64,000 nucleotides of DNA from Macrostomum hystrix (lineage: Eukaryota; Animalia; Platyhelminthes). This document shows, in pieces, positions 1-14,152 of this stretch (positions within the stretch are counted from its first letter, which is position 1; each line of letters begins with the position of its first letter). The stretch is taken from assembly GCA_950097015.1 (NCBI GenBank), contig CATNEN010000039.1, positions 16,306,001 to 16,370,000 on the forward strand. Direction: 5' to 3'. Both the position numbers and the translations under genes were made by a program. Under the pieces are notes generated by a model. That model saw nothing but the letters and a program-made list of their open reading frames with translations. It was not told the DNA's origin and did no database searches.

Positions 1-1482
1 CTGCGACGGTCCAGGGCGTGATCAGTGTGTGAACTGAGAAGTTTCGTTTAGAACAAATCAGCGCTTCATTGTAATGATACTACAAGTACTACTAAAAGTA
101 AGCTACTAAAGTAAACTTCGAGCTACTAAAAGTAAACCAAGATCCCTATGAAAATTCTAAGATGAAATTTTAGAACAAGTTTTTGTCTTTAATCTTCAAT
201 CTTCAATCTTTGTCTTCAAGTGTTAGCACATGAAGTGACACACCATTGTGACCATATTTGGTCCCCTGAGTTTGACGTCGCCTTTTATTGAAGCCAGTCA
301 GGAAAAGACCTTTAGCACTTGAGTGTTTTTAGTTCTTTTCGATACCTAAGTAAAAATAGACTCGTACTTCAAAATCAAACTACTACTTCCAGTAGTATTT
401 GTCGTGCATGCACGACATGCACGCACGCATGTCTTTCATGAGCTTGTACAGTGCTGTAGCTGAGTTAACCATTTGCCTATTAAGTATTTAATCAACAAGG
501 TGCTTAGTGACTCGCACTTGTATACAGCTGCAGAGCTGCACGATGTCTACTCGATGTACTCAAAGTAGGCCTTGAGTTGAAAAGTCAACGTTTTGTGAAG
601 AGCCTACACAAGTACCCTTGCTGCTCTTATAATATCCAGTGTAGTGTTGCCATAGGCATGCGATACTGGTGTTATTTTACGGAGCGTCATTTCAAGGCAC
701 TACAGACTCAAGGATAGGTCTGGCTTGATTACACCAACCTGTGTTCAAAGCACTTTGTTTTAATCTAACGACGCCGTAACAACAATTGTACAGCTGCAGC
801 TTTCGCCATCCTGCACACCCAACAGTATTGTAACATTTCATTGAGATGAGCCCGACAAAAAATGCACAAAAATGCCTGACACAATAGAATAGAAAATAGA
901 AATAAAATACAATAGAAAAAATCGATACGTAGATAACACTCAGAAATCATGTGGTGACCTGAATTGCCTTTATTTATTCTCACCTAGTCGACAGAAAATC
1001 GACTATCTTTTTCCTGGTGTTGCACTCACTTTAAATATTGGTTTTGACAATCAATATGAGAAAATGGACAATCAAAATGAAGACAGCCACGCATAGATCT
1101 GCATGCAGCAGCTTAGCGCAGCTTCGCAACAGCTGCGGCTTAGGCCATAGACTTTTGACGATCGAATTGAGAATTGGACAATCAAACTGGTAACTGGAGC
1201 AGTGTGCACGTTTATTTGAACGAAAATTTAACATTAAAGTTTATTACTCACTCTTACAGTTTTGAAACTATTTTTACCGGTCCCAGAAGGCCACTAGTAC
1301 GTCGATAAAGATTTCTCTCGGTCTGGGAGATAGTACGGGCAGGTAAATGTGCTGTTTCTGATAAAGTGCGCCATGCTGGTTTAATAAACAGCGCCATGTT
1401 GTTTCTAATAGAAGCGCCATGCTATAAGGAATAGCATGGTACAAATATAAACATGATGCGCCATGCTGTTTCTAATTACAGT

Positions 1483-4045
1483 GCCATGCTGTTGCTGATT
1501 ACTGTGCCATGCTGTTGCTGATTACAGTGCCATGCTGTTGCTGATTACTGTGCCATGCTGTTGCTGATTACAGTGCCATGCTGTTGCTGATTACTGTGCC
1601 ATGCTGTTGCTGATTACTGTGCCATGCTGTTGCTGATTACAGTGCCATGCTGTTGCTGATTACTGTGCCATGCTGTTGCTGATTACTGTGCCATGCTGTT
1701 GCTGATTACTGTGCCATGCTGTTGCTGATTACTGTGCCATGCTGTTGCCGATTACTGTGCCATGCTGTTGCCGATTACTGTGCCATGCTGTTGCTGATTA
1801 CAGTGCCATGCTGTTGCTGATTACTGTGCCATGCTGTTGCTGATTACTGTGCCATGCTGTTGCTGATTACTGTGCCATGCTGTTGCTGATTACTGTGCCA
1901 TGCTGTTGCCGATTACTGTGCCATGCTGTTGCCGATTACTGTGCCATGCTGTTGCTGATTACAGTGCCATGCTGTTGCTGATTACTGTGCCATGCTGTTG
2001 CTGATTACTGTGCCATGCTGTTGCTGATTACTGTGCCATGCTGTTGCTGATTACAGTGCCATGCTGTTGCTGATTACTGTGCCATGCTGTTGCTGATTAC
2101 AGTGCCATGCTGTTGCTGATTACTGTGCCATGCTGTTGCTGATTACTGTGCCATGCTGTTGCTGATTACTGTGCCATGCTGTTGCTGATTACGGTGCCAT
2201 GCTGTTGCTGATTACTGTGCCATGCTGTTGCTGATTACAGTGCCATGCTGTTGCTGATTACTGTGCCATGCTGTTGCTGATTACTGTGCCATGCTGTTGC
2301 TGATTACAGTGCCATGCTGTTGCTGATTACTGTGCCATGCTGTTGCTGATTACTGTGCCATGCTGTTGCTAATTACAGTGCCATGCTGTTGCTGATTACT
2401 GTGCCATGCTGTTGCTGATTACTGTGCCATGCTGTTGCTGATTACAGTGCCATGCTGTTGCTGATTACTGTGCCATGCTGTTGCTGATTACTGTGCCATG
2501 CTGTTGCTGATTACAGTGCCATGCTGTTGCTGATTACTGTGCCATGCTGTTGCTGATTACAGTGCCATGCTGTTGCTGATTACTGTGCCATGCTGTTGCT
2601 GATTACGGTGCCATGCTGTTGCTGATTACTGTGCCATGCTGTTGCTGATTACTGTGCCATGCTGTTGCTGATTACTGTGCCATGCTGTTGCTAATTACAG
2701 TGCCATGCTGTTGCTGATTACTGTGCCATGCTGTTGCTGATTACTGTGCCATGCTGTTGCTAATTACAGTGCCATGCTGTTGCTGATTACAGTGCCATGC
2801 TGTTGCTGATTACTGTGCCATGCTGTTGCTGATTACTGTGCCATGCTGTTGCTGATTACTGTGCCATGCTGTTACTGATTACTGTGCCATGCTGTTGCTG
2901 ATTACTGTGCCATGCTGTTGCTGATTACAGTGCCATGCTGTTGCTGATTACTATGCCATGCTGTTGCTGATTACAGTGCCATGCTGTTGCTGATTACTGT
3001 GCCATGCTGTTGCTGATTACAGTGCCATGCTGTTGCTGATTACTGTGCCATGCTGTTGCTGATTACTGTGCCATGCTGTTGCTGATTACTGTGCCATGCT
3101 GTTGCTGATTACTGTGCCATGCTGTTGCTGATTACAGTGCCATGCTGTTGCTGATTACAGTGCCATGCTGTTGCTGATTACGGTGCCATGCTGTTGCTGA
3201 TTACTGTGCCATGCTGTTGCTGATTACAGTGCCATGCTGTTGCTGATTACTGTGCCATGCTGTTGCTGATTACTGTGCCATGCTGTTGCTGATTACAGTG
3301 CCATGCTGTTGCTGATTACAGTGCCATGCTGTTGCTGATTACTGTGCCATGCTGTTGCTGATTACGGTGCCATGCTGTTGCTGATTACTGTGCCATGCTG
3401 TTGCTGATTACTGTGCCATGCTGTTGCTGATTACTGTGCCATGCTGTTGCTGATTACTGTGCCATGCTGTTGCTGATTACTGTGCCATGCTGTTGCTGAT
3501 TACTGTGCCATGCTGTTGCTGATTACAGTGCCATGCTGTTGCTGATTACTGTGCCATGCTGTTGCTAATTACAGTGCCATGCTGTTGCTGATTACAGTGC
3601 CATGCTGTTGCTGATTACTGTGCCATGCTGTTGCTGATTACTGTGCCATGCTGTTGCTGATTACTGTGCCATGCTGTTGCTGATTACTGTGCCATGCTGT
3701 TGCTGATTACTGTGCCATGCTGTTGCTGATTACTGTGCCATGCTGTTGCTGATTACTGTGCCATGCTGTTGCTGATTACAGTGCCATGCTGTTGCTGATT
3801 ACTGTGCCATGCTGTTGCTAATTACAGTGCCATGCTGTTGCTGATTACAGTGCCATGCTGTTGCTGATTACTGTGCCATGCTGTTGCTGATTACAGTGCC
3901 ATACTGTTGCTGATTACTGTGCCATGCTGTTGCTGATTACTGTGCCATGCTGTTGCTGATTACAATGCCATGCTGTTGCTGATTACTGTGCCATGCTGTT
4001 GCTGATTACTGTGCCATGCTGTTGCTGATTACTGTGCCATGCTGT
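1483..4045. repeat. 23-bp minisatellite (GCCATGCTGTTGCTGATTAC[T/A]GT), about 110 copies
   Basis: Direct tandem periodicity of 23 nt; degenerate precursor copies at about 1365-1480. Confidence 0.98.
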
Positions 4046-6149
4046 ATGGACAGCATAGCGCTTTCAATCGTAAAGGTAAAGTAAAGGAATGCAAAACTAC
4101 TGTCCTAGTGGTTAATGCTACCCATCTGAGGTCCCACTGGAATCGTAGAGTGCCCTGACGAACAGCGAAACTAACCTAGAGGCAAACCCTAGGAGTGTCT
4201 GTACAATTGTGGTTTAGCCCAGATTCCATCTGCCCTGAAAAGCTAAGGGCTAATTGGCAATTGAAAGCAGATGTCCGAATTATGCCGAATCCGAAATGTT
4301 TTACTTCTTTCTTACAGTTTTGAAACTATTCTTACCGGATAGATTTTGGTCCCAAAAGGTACGTCGATAAAGCCTGGACCCCTGGCTTCCCTCTGGATCC
4401 CTGGCTTAACTACCTAGCTACCAACTATAAATTAACTACCAACCAAATTTCAGCTCTGCCATGCGGTGGCGTGTTCTGCGCTATCATGTAAAAAGGATTC
4501 ACGGAGAGGGATCTTACGATCCGACCTTCTTTTATCAAAGAAGTCAAAGTCTTCTGGGGCATCATCGAGTTTTAGACGTGGCGATTTCAAAATTTCTACT
4601 GGCGTTCCTCATGATAGTCATGAGGAATATCAGGACGAAGGTCCCGCTTCGCCAGGGCCAGATCCTAAGCCGACGATCCCATGGGAAATTCTTGAAAACC
4701 CAGGGAGCTGTAAAGAATATTTCGAGAAGCACTTTTTGCAATTAGACTGAAATATTTAGTTTTCGCCCCCGTTCTATTGATGTCTAGCTTAAAGAATGTT
4801 TTCGTTATCTTCAATTATTATCTCTTGCAGGGAAGCCAGTTACTAGCGGTAGTTTCTAAGAAATAAGGAGGCGTGGGAAATCGACAATCTTTTCCTGGTG
4901 TTGCACTCACTTTTGATGTTATATTCTCAATCGAATTATATTTAGATGGTCTTAAAGCAGGCAATTATAAAGATAATAACTCACTATAAATAACTAAAAC
5001 TATTAATATCACTGAGAGAAAGTATTCCCCAAACACAAGAATTTAATTGTTGCTCACGGATCCTGAGTCGGTAACCAAAGTATGGAAAAGGGTTAAAAAA
5101 AAGATCTGGGTGGAGTTTCCAGGAATCACAATTCCAATTTCAATGAAGTATTCTTGATTATCTGAACCTTGTAGGAGCTAGCCAGGGGTAGCAATGGCTA
5201 GCGACTAAGAGATATCGGATCTAGCTAAGAGAGTGAATAGTAGCGCAAGAGAGGAAGGAACGGGACGGTCGGGTCACTTTCTCTCAGTGTAAGTGCTTTT
5301 ATACTAATCCGGCCAAAAGGCTGCCATAGGACAGGAGTCTCTAGGCTAATCTTAGAGCTGCTGTAAACGCATCCTCACACAGGAGGAAAACTGCGTATTC
5401 CCTGGCTTTCTACAATCGCGCGCAGATGTAAAAATCGCATAGATTAAATTGTAACACTTCAAGCACAGTTTTTTTGCTACTCTTGTGCTGCCCATTTCTG
5501 CTCCGCCTGCAAGAATGAGATAAAGAACGTATCTATATTAAAAAACGTAATCTCTTTCAAATATTTTTCTCATAAGTAGATTTTTGCCTTACTATGGCAA
5601 TTGTCGAAGCACGTTTTTCGCCTTTTCGCTAAATTTTGACTGGGCGGTTTCCACTTTCTTGGGTAGATTATTTTTCACTGTCTGGACAGACCTCCGATTC
5701 CGGTGATTCCGATTGGAACTTTTATTTCCTTTTGTGAATTTTCTAACTGTTTCTATATCCGTGATTTTTTTATTTTAATGTTTTTTGTTAAAATATCATT
5801 TAAATATCGTTCATAGGAATTGTTAATATTCGATTCGAGGTCGGCGTCCAAGTAGTGACGGTGATTCATCGAGTGAGCGTTCGGCAGATTCTGAAAGTGA
5901 AGACTAAGAACAAATGATTCTAATGCTTTGCGTTTATCAACTTATAATTTATAATGCATTCGGCAAGCGAGAAACTAACAAACGGTGGCGTGGTCAAGGG
6001 TGTCATTTCAAAATCAATACAAAAAATTAACTTGTGGGTATTGGGGAGCGAAAGGTGACACTTTAGGTGCAGCTAGTAGCAATGCAAGCGGCCTTAGAGT
6101 TCCAGCTCGCGAATTTTCGTTGCTAATTTTTATAAATACTAATTATACA

Positions 6150-6290
6150 TCGGGATGAGGGGCGGCGGCGATGACCACCTGGGATGAGGGGCGGCGGTGA
6201 TGAACAGCTGGGATGAGGGGCGGCGATGACCACCTGGGATGAGGGGCGGCGATGACCACCTGGGATGAGTTGCGGCGGTGATGATCCACG
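6150..6290. repeat. Short GC-rich tandem repeat (GGGATGAGGGGCGGCG..ATGACCACCT), about 5 copies
   Basis: Visible imperfect tandem units of about 26-30 nt. Confidence 0.85.
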
Positions 6291-7392
6291 GAGCCAGGGG
6301 GAAGCCAGGTGTCCAGATGGAAGCCAGGGGTCCAGAGGGAGGGAAGGGGTCCAAAGAGAAGTTAAGCTAGAGTGATCTGGATGGAAGCCAAGGTCAGAGG
6401 GAAGCTTAAATATTTGAGGCCCTTATTAGAAAAAAAGATATAAAAAGATAAGCCTAATAACAATGCAAAAAATTGGTTCAGCTGTCTTAGCTAACAAATA
6501 ATTTGGATAATTTTAACAATAGCAACATTATACAGGCCATATGTCATTGTTTTCTAGACTACAACTTGTTACAGCTAAGTTATCCTAGCTTGTTATATTG
6601 TTATATAAGCTTGTTATAGCTTGTTCTCCTTATTTATCCTTATCAGCCACTTTATCTCAGCTAGGCCTGATATTATCAGCGTATGTACGTTACCTGTGAG
6701 CCTTTATAATTTATTTTAATAGCTAGAATTATTAATTTAGCCTAGACTAGCCCTATAGTGCATAGTTTATTTAAATAGGTTCGAATTCACGCGTTAGTTT
6801 GTGAGATATTAGTAGACGGGTTCGGAGCGGGGCATGAAAGCGCGATTTAGCCGCGTCTAGACGCCATCGTTTTACGAGATCTTTTCCGTCTAGACGGTAG
6901 GTCATAAGGGTGCACCGGTCTTGCGCACGGAATTTATATTGGTGCTATTTTTGTTATAGTTATAAATATTCCATTGATTTACTAACTTTGTAGAACATAT
7001 AAATCAACTCGGATTAGTACGCATGGTTGCGCAATGATTAGTAAATAGAAATTACAGAAGCTCAATACATGCGCAATTTTGCTGCGATTATAATTTAATC
7101 AGGCTCCCTTTTCACTCCATTATAAGAACAGAAAAACTTTTTTCACCCTTATTTTAGGACGTCTAGGCCTGTGATTGTGTGCGCAGAGGTTATATAACTT
7201 GCGAAATCGTTTATTAATTAATTTCACTGTTTCAGTTTCATCATTTTTGGGCATGAAATCTGAAGCGTGAATTCAGTAGTTAGTCATTATTGAAAAAATA
7301 CTAACAGGTTATGTGTAGATTTTGACAACGAGTTAGAAAGAAAGTTTCTTGGCTAGACTTACTCATAGATTTTGAGCTTTTAAGCATTCGAA

Positions 7393-10300
7393 ATGGTAAG
7401 TGTCTGATTTCGTTGACAATTTTGATATAGGCCTACACATTAAATTTGTATACACATTTGGTATGGTAGCTTAGCCTTTTCCTGTGCACTGCAGCACTGT
7501 ACTATTGTATAATAAGTGTTCGTTTTTAGTATAGGGTAATGTATCATCAACCAAACAAGAATATGTATTTTTTTAACTTCAAACCTAAGCTACAGATTTT
7601 CTATATAAGATATCATGATAAATCAAAAGCTAAGTTATAGAAAACAGTTATATCTTTCTAAAAAGTATCTGCTTTGCTATTTTGTCAAATAGAAAAAAAG
7701 TTATTTGTGTTTTTCATCTAAAACTGAACAATGATTTTCATGTATCTTCAAACCAAACAGAGAATTTGATGTTCGGTTTTACAATTTGAGTGAGTGGTTT
7801 AATCTTATTTTAAGGAGTGAACTATCATGAAAATTATGTAATTTGAAAGCATTTTTCATGCTCTATAAATAACTACATTTATGGTCATTTAATTGGCAAG
7901 CAACCACATACAATCTTTGTCTAAAGTACATACTGAAAAAATGTTGTTAAAAATTATGCTTTTGAGATAAAAAAATTTACTGAAACATCAATATCTTTCT
8001 TTCCTCTTAATGCTTCATTGCATGTCATGCCTCAGCTTGTAGATAATTTCTTCGACTTTCAAATTAGTTGTTCTGTGAAACACAATAGCTTGTTTCTGTC
8101 TTGCACAAGACCAAAGAAGGAGTCAAAATTCTTGTTCGGTTTTGAAGATACACTGTTCAGTTGATGATACATTACCCCCTAATCTAGTTTAATCTAGTAT
8201 CTCGATCATACATGCGCAACACCCGGCCAAACCCGCCGGGTGAAACTAGGGCCAAGCAAGGTAAGTCGCAAAAACCAATCAACCAAGCGCAAAAAAATCA
8301 AAGGGGGGACCAAGGTACAAAAAAGGAAGGCGTGAAGAAGAGGAAAAAGGGGAGAGAAAAATAGAGCAACTGAGAGCAAAATAAGTCGTAAATAAAGCAA
8401 AAACTAAGTCACTCGGCTGGCTAAGATTTGGGAGGTTGCATATGTATGATAATTGATGATATAGGCCTATGGCCTAATAAAGGAAAATTGAATAAAAACA
8501 ACTTAGCTCTTGCTTACAGTTGTCAGCTTTACTTAAATGATTTCATATGTATACTACTCCTAGTAGTTTGTTAGACAGAATGTATATGGTTAGGCCTATG
8601 GTTTTTTGTCTTCATTGACTTTACCAGTTGTTCTTTGTACATCTCTAAAAGAATCCATACAAGACATATGTAGTCTATTTTTATTTTCTTATCTAGCTGT
8701 CCTAATTTGATGTGTGCTAGCATCCTATTGCAATTGGTCTGACTAAATTAGGCCTAGTTAAAGTTTTCCTGACACTAATTTTCTGGGAAAAGTATATGCA
8801 AATGGAATCTATAAAATTTCTGAGTTGCAGCTGGGTTGTGGTCAGGTAGGGCACAGATAGGCCTGTTGGTCATCATGCTTAGTTAGGATATAATTTTAAC
8901 ACCTACAGTATTCTCTCTTAAGAAGGCCAAGGCACAATTGGCAGTGCTATTACAAACAGATAAATGAGATTGCTTCTAAATTACCTTAGGCCTAATGAAT
9001 TTTAAAAGCTAGCTAAGCACATTGCTTATTTGCACCTTAGGACATTGTCTCTATAGGCCTATATTGTACATTACAGATGCAAATTATATGTTTTTCTTAT
9101 GTTGCAGGCCTCTGTCTATATTCTTACTAAACTTTATTTCCAATAATGCGAATCCCACTGCTGTTACCAAAGTTGTTGTAAGGCTAATTTAATCTTATTG
9201 TTATCACCAACGTTGTTCTAGTGCTTCTTTATATTATATTTACTGTTTCAATGTTATTATCAAAATTGTTATAGGATTGTTACACAATATTTAATATCCG
9301 ATTACTGTTATCACAATGGTTATTAACCTTTCTTATAGTTTAATGCAATATAAAGCTTTTAACTCTTAATGGTAGCGTATTTTGAGTCTGAATTGGTAGC
9401 GTTTTATATATATATATAGTAACCGAGCTCTAATGTACGTATTTCATGTAATTGTATAGAATTATATATTTGCTTGTTAAGCAGGTTCTGGTTTGCAATG
9501 TTCAGTCCGCTTTTAAGGCGTTACCAATGATCTAAGGATTACAGCTCTTTCTTTATATCTCTCTTTATATCAAATGAATAACTCTTTTTATGAACACTTA
9601 ATCTGAAAGAAACTTATTTGAGCCTTCAAGTCTTTTGGATATTTTCCGCTCTTGACAAGGTTAGTTTTCTTTCCCTCACTTCTCGTGTATTTATAGTATT
9701 TTTCCTACCTCATAAGTATAACAAACATTTATGTGAAATTATTCGGGTGCAATAAAACAAACATTTGGGTGCAGTAAAACAATTGAGTGCGGTAAAACAA
9801 ACATTCGGTGCAGTAAAACATTTATCGGAATTGAATTTTGGTTTCTTAGAAAATATCAAATTTCAAATACAAGATACAGTATGCTTATTTTCGCTCTATT
9901 ACACTTAAGTAGTAAGTTGTACTTTAAAGACGAGTAGATTTTTTATAAATAAACAAAGTTTTAGTGAATTAGCTATATTAATATCTGGGCTTATAGTATA
10001 CTTATTGTAATATTAGCATTGCATATTTAGAAAATAAAACTTTAGTATAACAAACCATATAGCATTTTGTAAGATATTGATAGAATAAATTTATACAAAT
10101 ATAATTTTGATACTTTGTTTGAAAGAAAGTCAAAGAAATCAATTATATATATTTACTAGTGGAAGTGTCGGCTAGCCCGCGGCCGTTAGATGGGCGCCCA
10201 GGGAAGGGAGGGGGTGGCTGTAATAAAATTTGGCCCGCAGAGTGGCGGAGGGGAATTGGGGTTGCTGTCCTCGGAAAACAAAAAGTGACTCACTTTGAGA

Positions 10301-12224
10301 TGATGCAGCTTTGCTCTGGATTGAGTAGAGATGTTCAAAATTGACAGCATTGTTGGAAAACATGTAAAGTGTAAGTGGATCAAATTTGGAGAAAATCTGA
10401 CAAAGTGGGGCGACGATATGTCAAATTGAGTGATTTTTTGACAATTTTTGAGCAGTTTTTTGCACTTTTGAGCAGGAAGGAAATGATTTTTCGGGAATTT
10501 GAGTAGCCTATTGCACTCAGCGTAGGTGGTTTTAGGTATGTGCAAAGTTTGGTGCGATTTGGTTTAGTGGTTTCGGCGTCTATAAAGACAAAAGGTTGCA
10601 CACACACACACATACACACACAGACAGAGTTTTCACTTTTATAGATATATAGATGCCCAAAAAAGGCACCTTGCCAAATACCAATATTCATTCGTTCTCT
10701 AACTCCAAGTCTTGCTAAGTCAGTAAAATTGCATTAAGCTAACTAGTATAATAACAGCAATTGTTTTTTGTTTGTCATGAAAACAAGTGGAATATCATAG
10801 TCAACATGTATAAATACCATTAAAATAGATTGGACACTCAGGTTTAGATCCAATTTTTTTGAAAGCCATATTTGGTCAACACTATTGCAAATGTCAGTAG
10901 TGAGGCTATCAAGCTACTTCCTTTATTTATAAACATAGTTATTTGCAATTTTTATGCTAAATATTTTTATTTAAATAGTAAAGCGATAAATTTAAAAGTA
11001 CAATTGATATATGTGTATATTCATAGAATTCTTAAGTATAGTTTACTAATACTTCAGTTTATCATGAAAAGTTTAAAAAAAATTGGTTTACATATTAATG
11101 TCTATAATTATTGATAACTGGTTTGTAAAGTAGAATGAAGTACATAGCATTTTTTAAAGTGTCTCAGAAAAGCTTATAAAAACAACAATGCTTATATTGT
11201 TTAGCTAAAAATGTGCGATATTAAGACAACCATTTAAGATCCAAAGTAAAAATGTTTCTTTTTTAGATGCACTTTATGCTACTATTCAGTAGGCAGGGTA
11301 AACTGCGCCTACAGAAATGGTATGTGGCGCATTCTGAGAAGATGAAGAAAAAGATTACGAGAGATCTAGTGACCATTATCCTGGCTAGGAAGCCTAAAAT
11401 GTGTGCCTTTATTGAATGGAAAGATTTGAAGATAGTCTACAAGAGGTGAGGCAAATTCTATCGATAGAAATATAAAAAATGTATATTTTATTTAATATTG
11501 TTTCCAATAACTGCAATTTTCCAGATATGCCAGTTTGTACTTTTGCTGCGCTATCGAGCAGACCGACAATGAATTGCTCTGCCTAGAAATCATTCATCGC
11601 TATGTTGAACTGCTAGATCAGTACTTTGGCAGCGTGAGTGTTAAGAATGTTATAAAAGTCATTTTTAACAGTAGGACTACCAAGCCATTTTGCCGCCAGT
11701 TTTTATACAATGGGGAGAATTCCCTCCAACAATTATTTGCGTCTTCTATACATTGACAATATGCATTCTTACTCAATCAAAAAAATAAATTAAGGTTTGC
11801 GAGCTAGACATCATATTTAACTTTGAGAAGGCCTACTTCATGCTTGACGAATTTATGCTGGGTGGCGAGGTTCAAGAAACTAGCAAGAAGAATGTTCTGA
11901 AGGCGATCGCCGCTCAGGACCTGTTGCAGGAAGTGAGTCAATTATTTAAATTTCATTTCAATAGAATAATGTTTAAATGTTTAATGGATTTTCATTCGAC
12001 TCAAAAGCTGTGCTTTTTTACACTCATAATTTTTGTAATAAAAGCATTATATGAGCATAGACGTTTTGATATTATAATTCCAAAAAGTAATTTTTAGCAT
12101 AACTGATCGCCTATTTTAAGTACAAATTACTTGAACTAAAGTCAATGCTATGTATATATATATATATATATCAATATAGGAGGAGACACCGCAAGGATTC
12201 TTTGACGATCACGGACTTGGCTAA
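7393..12224 (+). CDS. AP1S: AP-1 complex sigma subunit, isoform A (157 aa)
   Basis: Exons 7393-7395 (ATG|gtaag), 11267-11445, 11525-11633, 11795-11932, 12180-12224; all GT-AG and phase-compatible. Protein [20 protein letters not shown]...[15 protein letters not shown]...[19 protein letters not shown]...[14 protein letters not shown] is a typical sigma1 sequence. The ATG-only first exon is less certain than the rest. Confidence 0.95.
7534..8179. mobile_element. MITE-like element with TIR GGGTAATGTATCATCAAC, flanked by TA (Tc1/mariner-like)
   Basis: gggtaatgtatcatcaac at 7534 pairs with gttgatgatacattaccc at about 8160-8177; an additional internal inverted match (tgtatcttcaaacc / ggttttgaagataca); TA on both sides. 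Confidence 0.6.
10156..10653 (-). mobile_element. Non-autonomous Helitron in AP1S intron 1
   Basis: On the minus strand it starts A|TCTATATATCTATAAAA, carries a (TG)n/TCTG microsatellite, and ends in a GC-rich subterminal segment plus CTAG|T. Inserted at an AT dinucleotide with no TSD. Confidence 0.75.
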
Positions 12225-12627
12225 TACAGTTATTGTGAAGTCCTAGTTTGGCAATTTAAGTGTGGTAAAAACAAAAATTTCCTAGAATAACTTATTTATC
12301 TCCTAAGTGATTAATTTTAACTGTCTGTATTTGTTGTTCCTTCTTACTAGTGTACTTATTACTTACCTATTTATCTGTGCCTAATTTTAGCTGTTAACTT
12401 GTTGTAATTGTTTTTATATTGGTGACTGTTGACTTTTGGAAATCAGGTCGTTTGGTTTCGGGTTTGCTTTTGCTAAAAAATTAATTAATATAGTTCTCTC
12501 CCCTGACATCAACTGCTATCTCACAATATATATCTAGATTTAGATAGACTTGTTACCAACTCAATATTATGTACTTGTATATCTCTATTTTAATATATCG
12601 CGACTTTCATTCCTGTGACTGCGTGTT

Positions 12628-14152
12628 TTGGTTAGAGAGTGACAGTGATTGGGTTAGAGAGTGACTGAGTGATTGGGTTAGAGAGTGACTGAGTGATTGG
12701 GTTAGAGAGTGACTGAGTGATTGGGTTAGAGAGTGACTGAGTGATTGGGTTAGACAGTGCCTGAGGGTTTGGGTTATAGAGTGACTTAAGGATTGGGTTA
12801 GAGAGTGATTAAGTTATTGCGTTTGAGAGTTATTAGGTGATTGGGTTAGAGAGTGACTTAGGGATTGGGTTAAAGAGTGACTTAGGGATTGGGTTAGACA
12901 GTGACTTAGGGATTGGGTTAGACAGTGACTTAAGGATTGGGTTAGAGAGCGACTGAGTGATTGGGTTAGAGAGTGACTTAGTGATTGGGTTAGAGAGCGA
13001 CTGAGTGATTGAGTTAGAGAGTGACTGAGTGATTAGGTTAGAGAGTGACTGAGTGATTAGGTTAGTGAGTGACTGAGTGATTGAGTTAGTGAGTGACTGA
13101 GTGATTAGGTTAGAGAGTGACTGAGTGATTAGGTTAGAGAGTGACTGAGTGATTAGGTTAGTGAGTGACTGAGTGATTGAGTTAGTGAGTGACTGAGTGA
13201 TTGAGTTAGTGAGTGACTGAGTGATTGGGTTAGAGAGTGACTTAGGGATTGGGTTAGACAGTGACTTAGGGATTGGGTTAGACAGTGACTTAGGGATTGG
13301 GTTAGACAGTGACTTAAGGATTGGGTTAGAGAGCGACTGAGTGATTGGGTTAGAGAGTGACTTAGTGATTGGGTTAGAGAGCGACTGAGTGATTGAGTTA
13401 GAGAGTGACTGAGTGATTAGGTTAGAGAGTGACTGAGTGATTAGGTTAGTGAGTGACTGAGTGATTGAGTTAGTGAGTGACTGAGTGATTGAGTTAGTGA
13501 GTGACTGAGTGATTGGGTTAGAGAGTGACTTAGGGATTGGGTTAGAGAGTGACTTAGGGATTGGGTTAGACAGTGACTTAGGGATTGGGTTAGACAGTGA
13601 CTTAGGGATTGGGTTAGACAGTGACTTAAGGATTGGGTTAGAGAGCGACTGAGTGATTGGGTTAGAGAGTGACTTAGTGATTGGGTTAGAGAGCGACTGA
13701 GTGATTGAGTTAGAGAGTGACTGGGTGATTGGGTTAGAGAGCGACTGAGTGATTGGGTTAGAGAGTGACTGAGTGATTAGGTTAGTGAGTGACTGAGTGA
13801 TTAGGTTAGAGAGTGACTGAGTGATTAGGTTAGAGAGTGACTGAGTGATTAGGTTAGTGAGTGACTGAGTGATTAGGTTAGAGAGTGACTGAGTGATTGA
13901 GTTAGTGAGTGACTGAGTGATTGAGTTAGTGAGTGACTGAGTGATTTGGTTAGAGAGTGACTGAGTGATTGGGTTAGAGAGTGACTGAGTGATTAGGTTA
14001 GTGAGTGACTGAGTGATTAGGTTAGAGAGTGACTGAGTGATTGAGTTAGTGAGTGACTGAGTGATTGAGTTAGTGAGTGACTGAGTGATTGGGTTAGAGA
14101 GCGACTGAGTGATTGGGTTAGAGAGTGACTGAGTTTTGGGTTAGTGAGTGAC
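12628..14152. repeat. 24-bp minisatellite (GAGTGATTGGGTTAGAGAGTGACT), about 63 copies
   Basis: Direct periodicity with blocks of variant units; lies between the two AP1S terminal exons. Confidence 0.97.

Noticed and set aside
1483-4045. Long regular arrays (this one and others) as CRISPR arrays
   Set aside because: Units are head-to-tail with no unique spacers, there are no cas genes, and the context is eukaryotic.
8219-8249. Second Helitron 3' end (cacccggc/gccgggtg hairpin + CTAG)
   Set aside because: It is followed by G rather than T and no matching 5' end was found, so it is too weak to call.
12628-14152. Interstitial telomere (GGGTTAG/TTAGGG)
   Set aside because: The motif is embedded once or twice per 24-bp unit, not as tandem hexamers.
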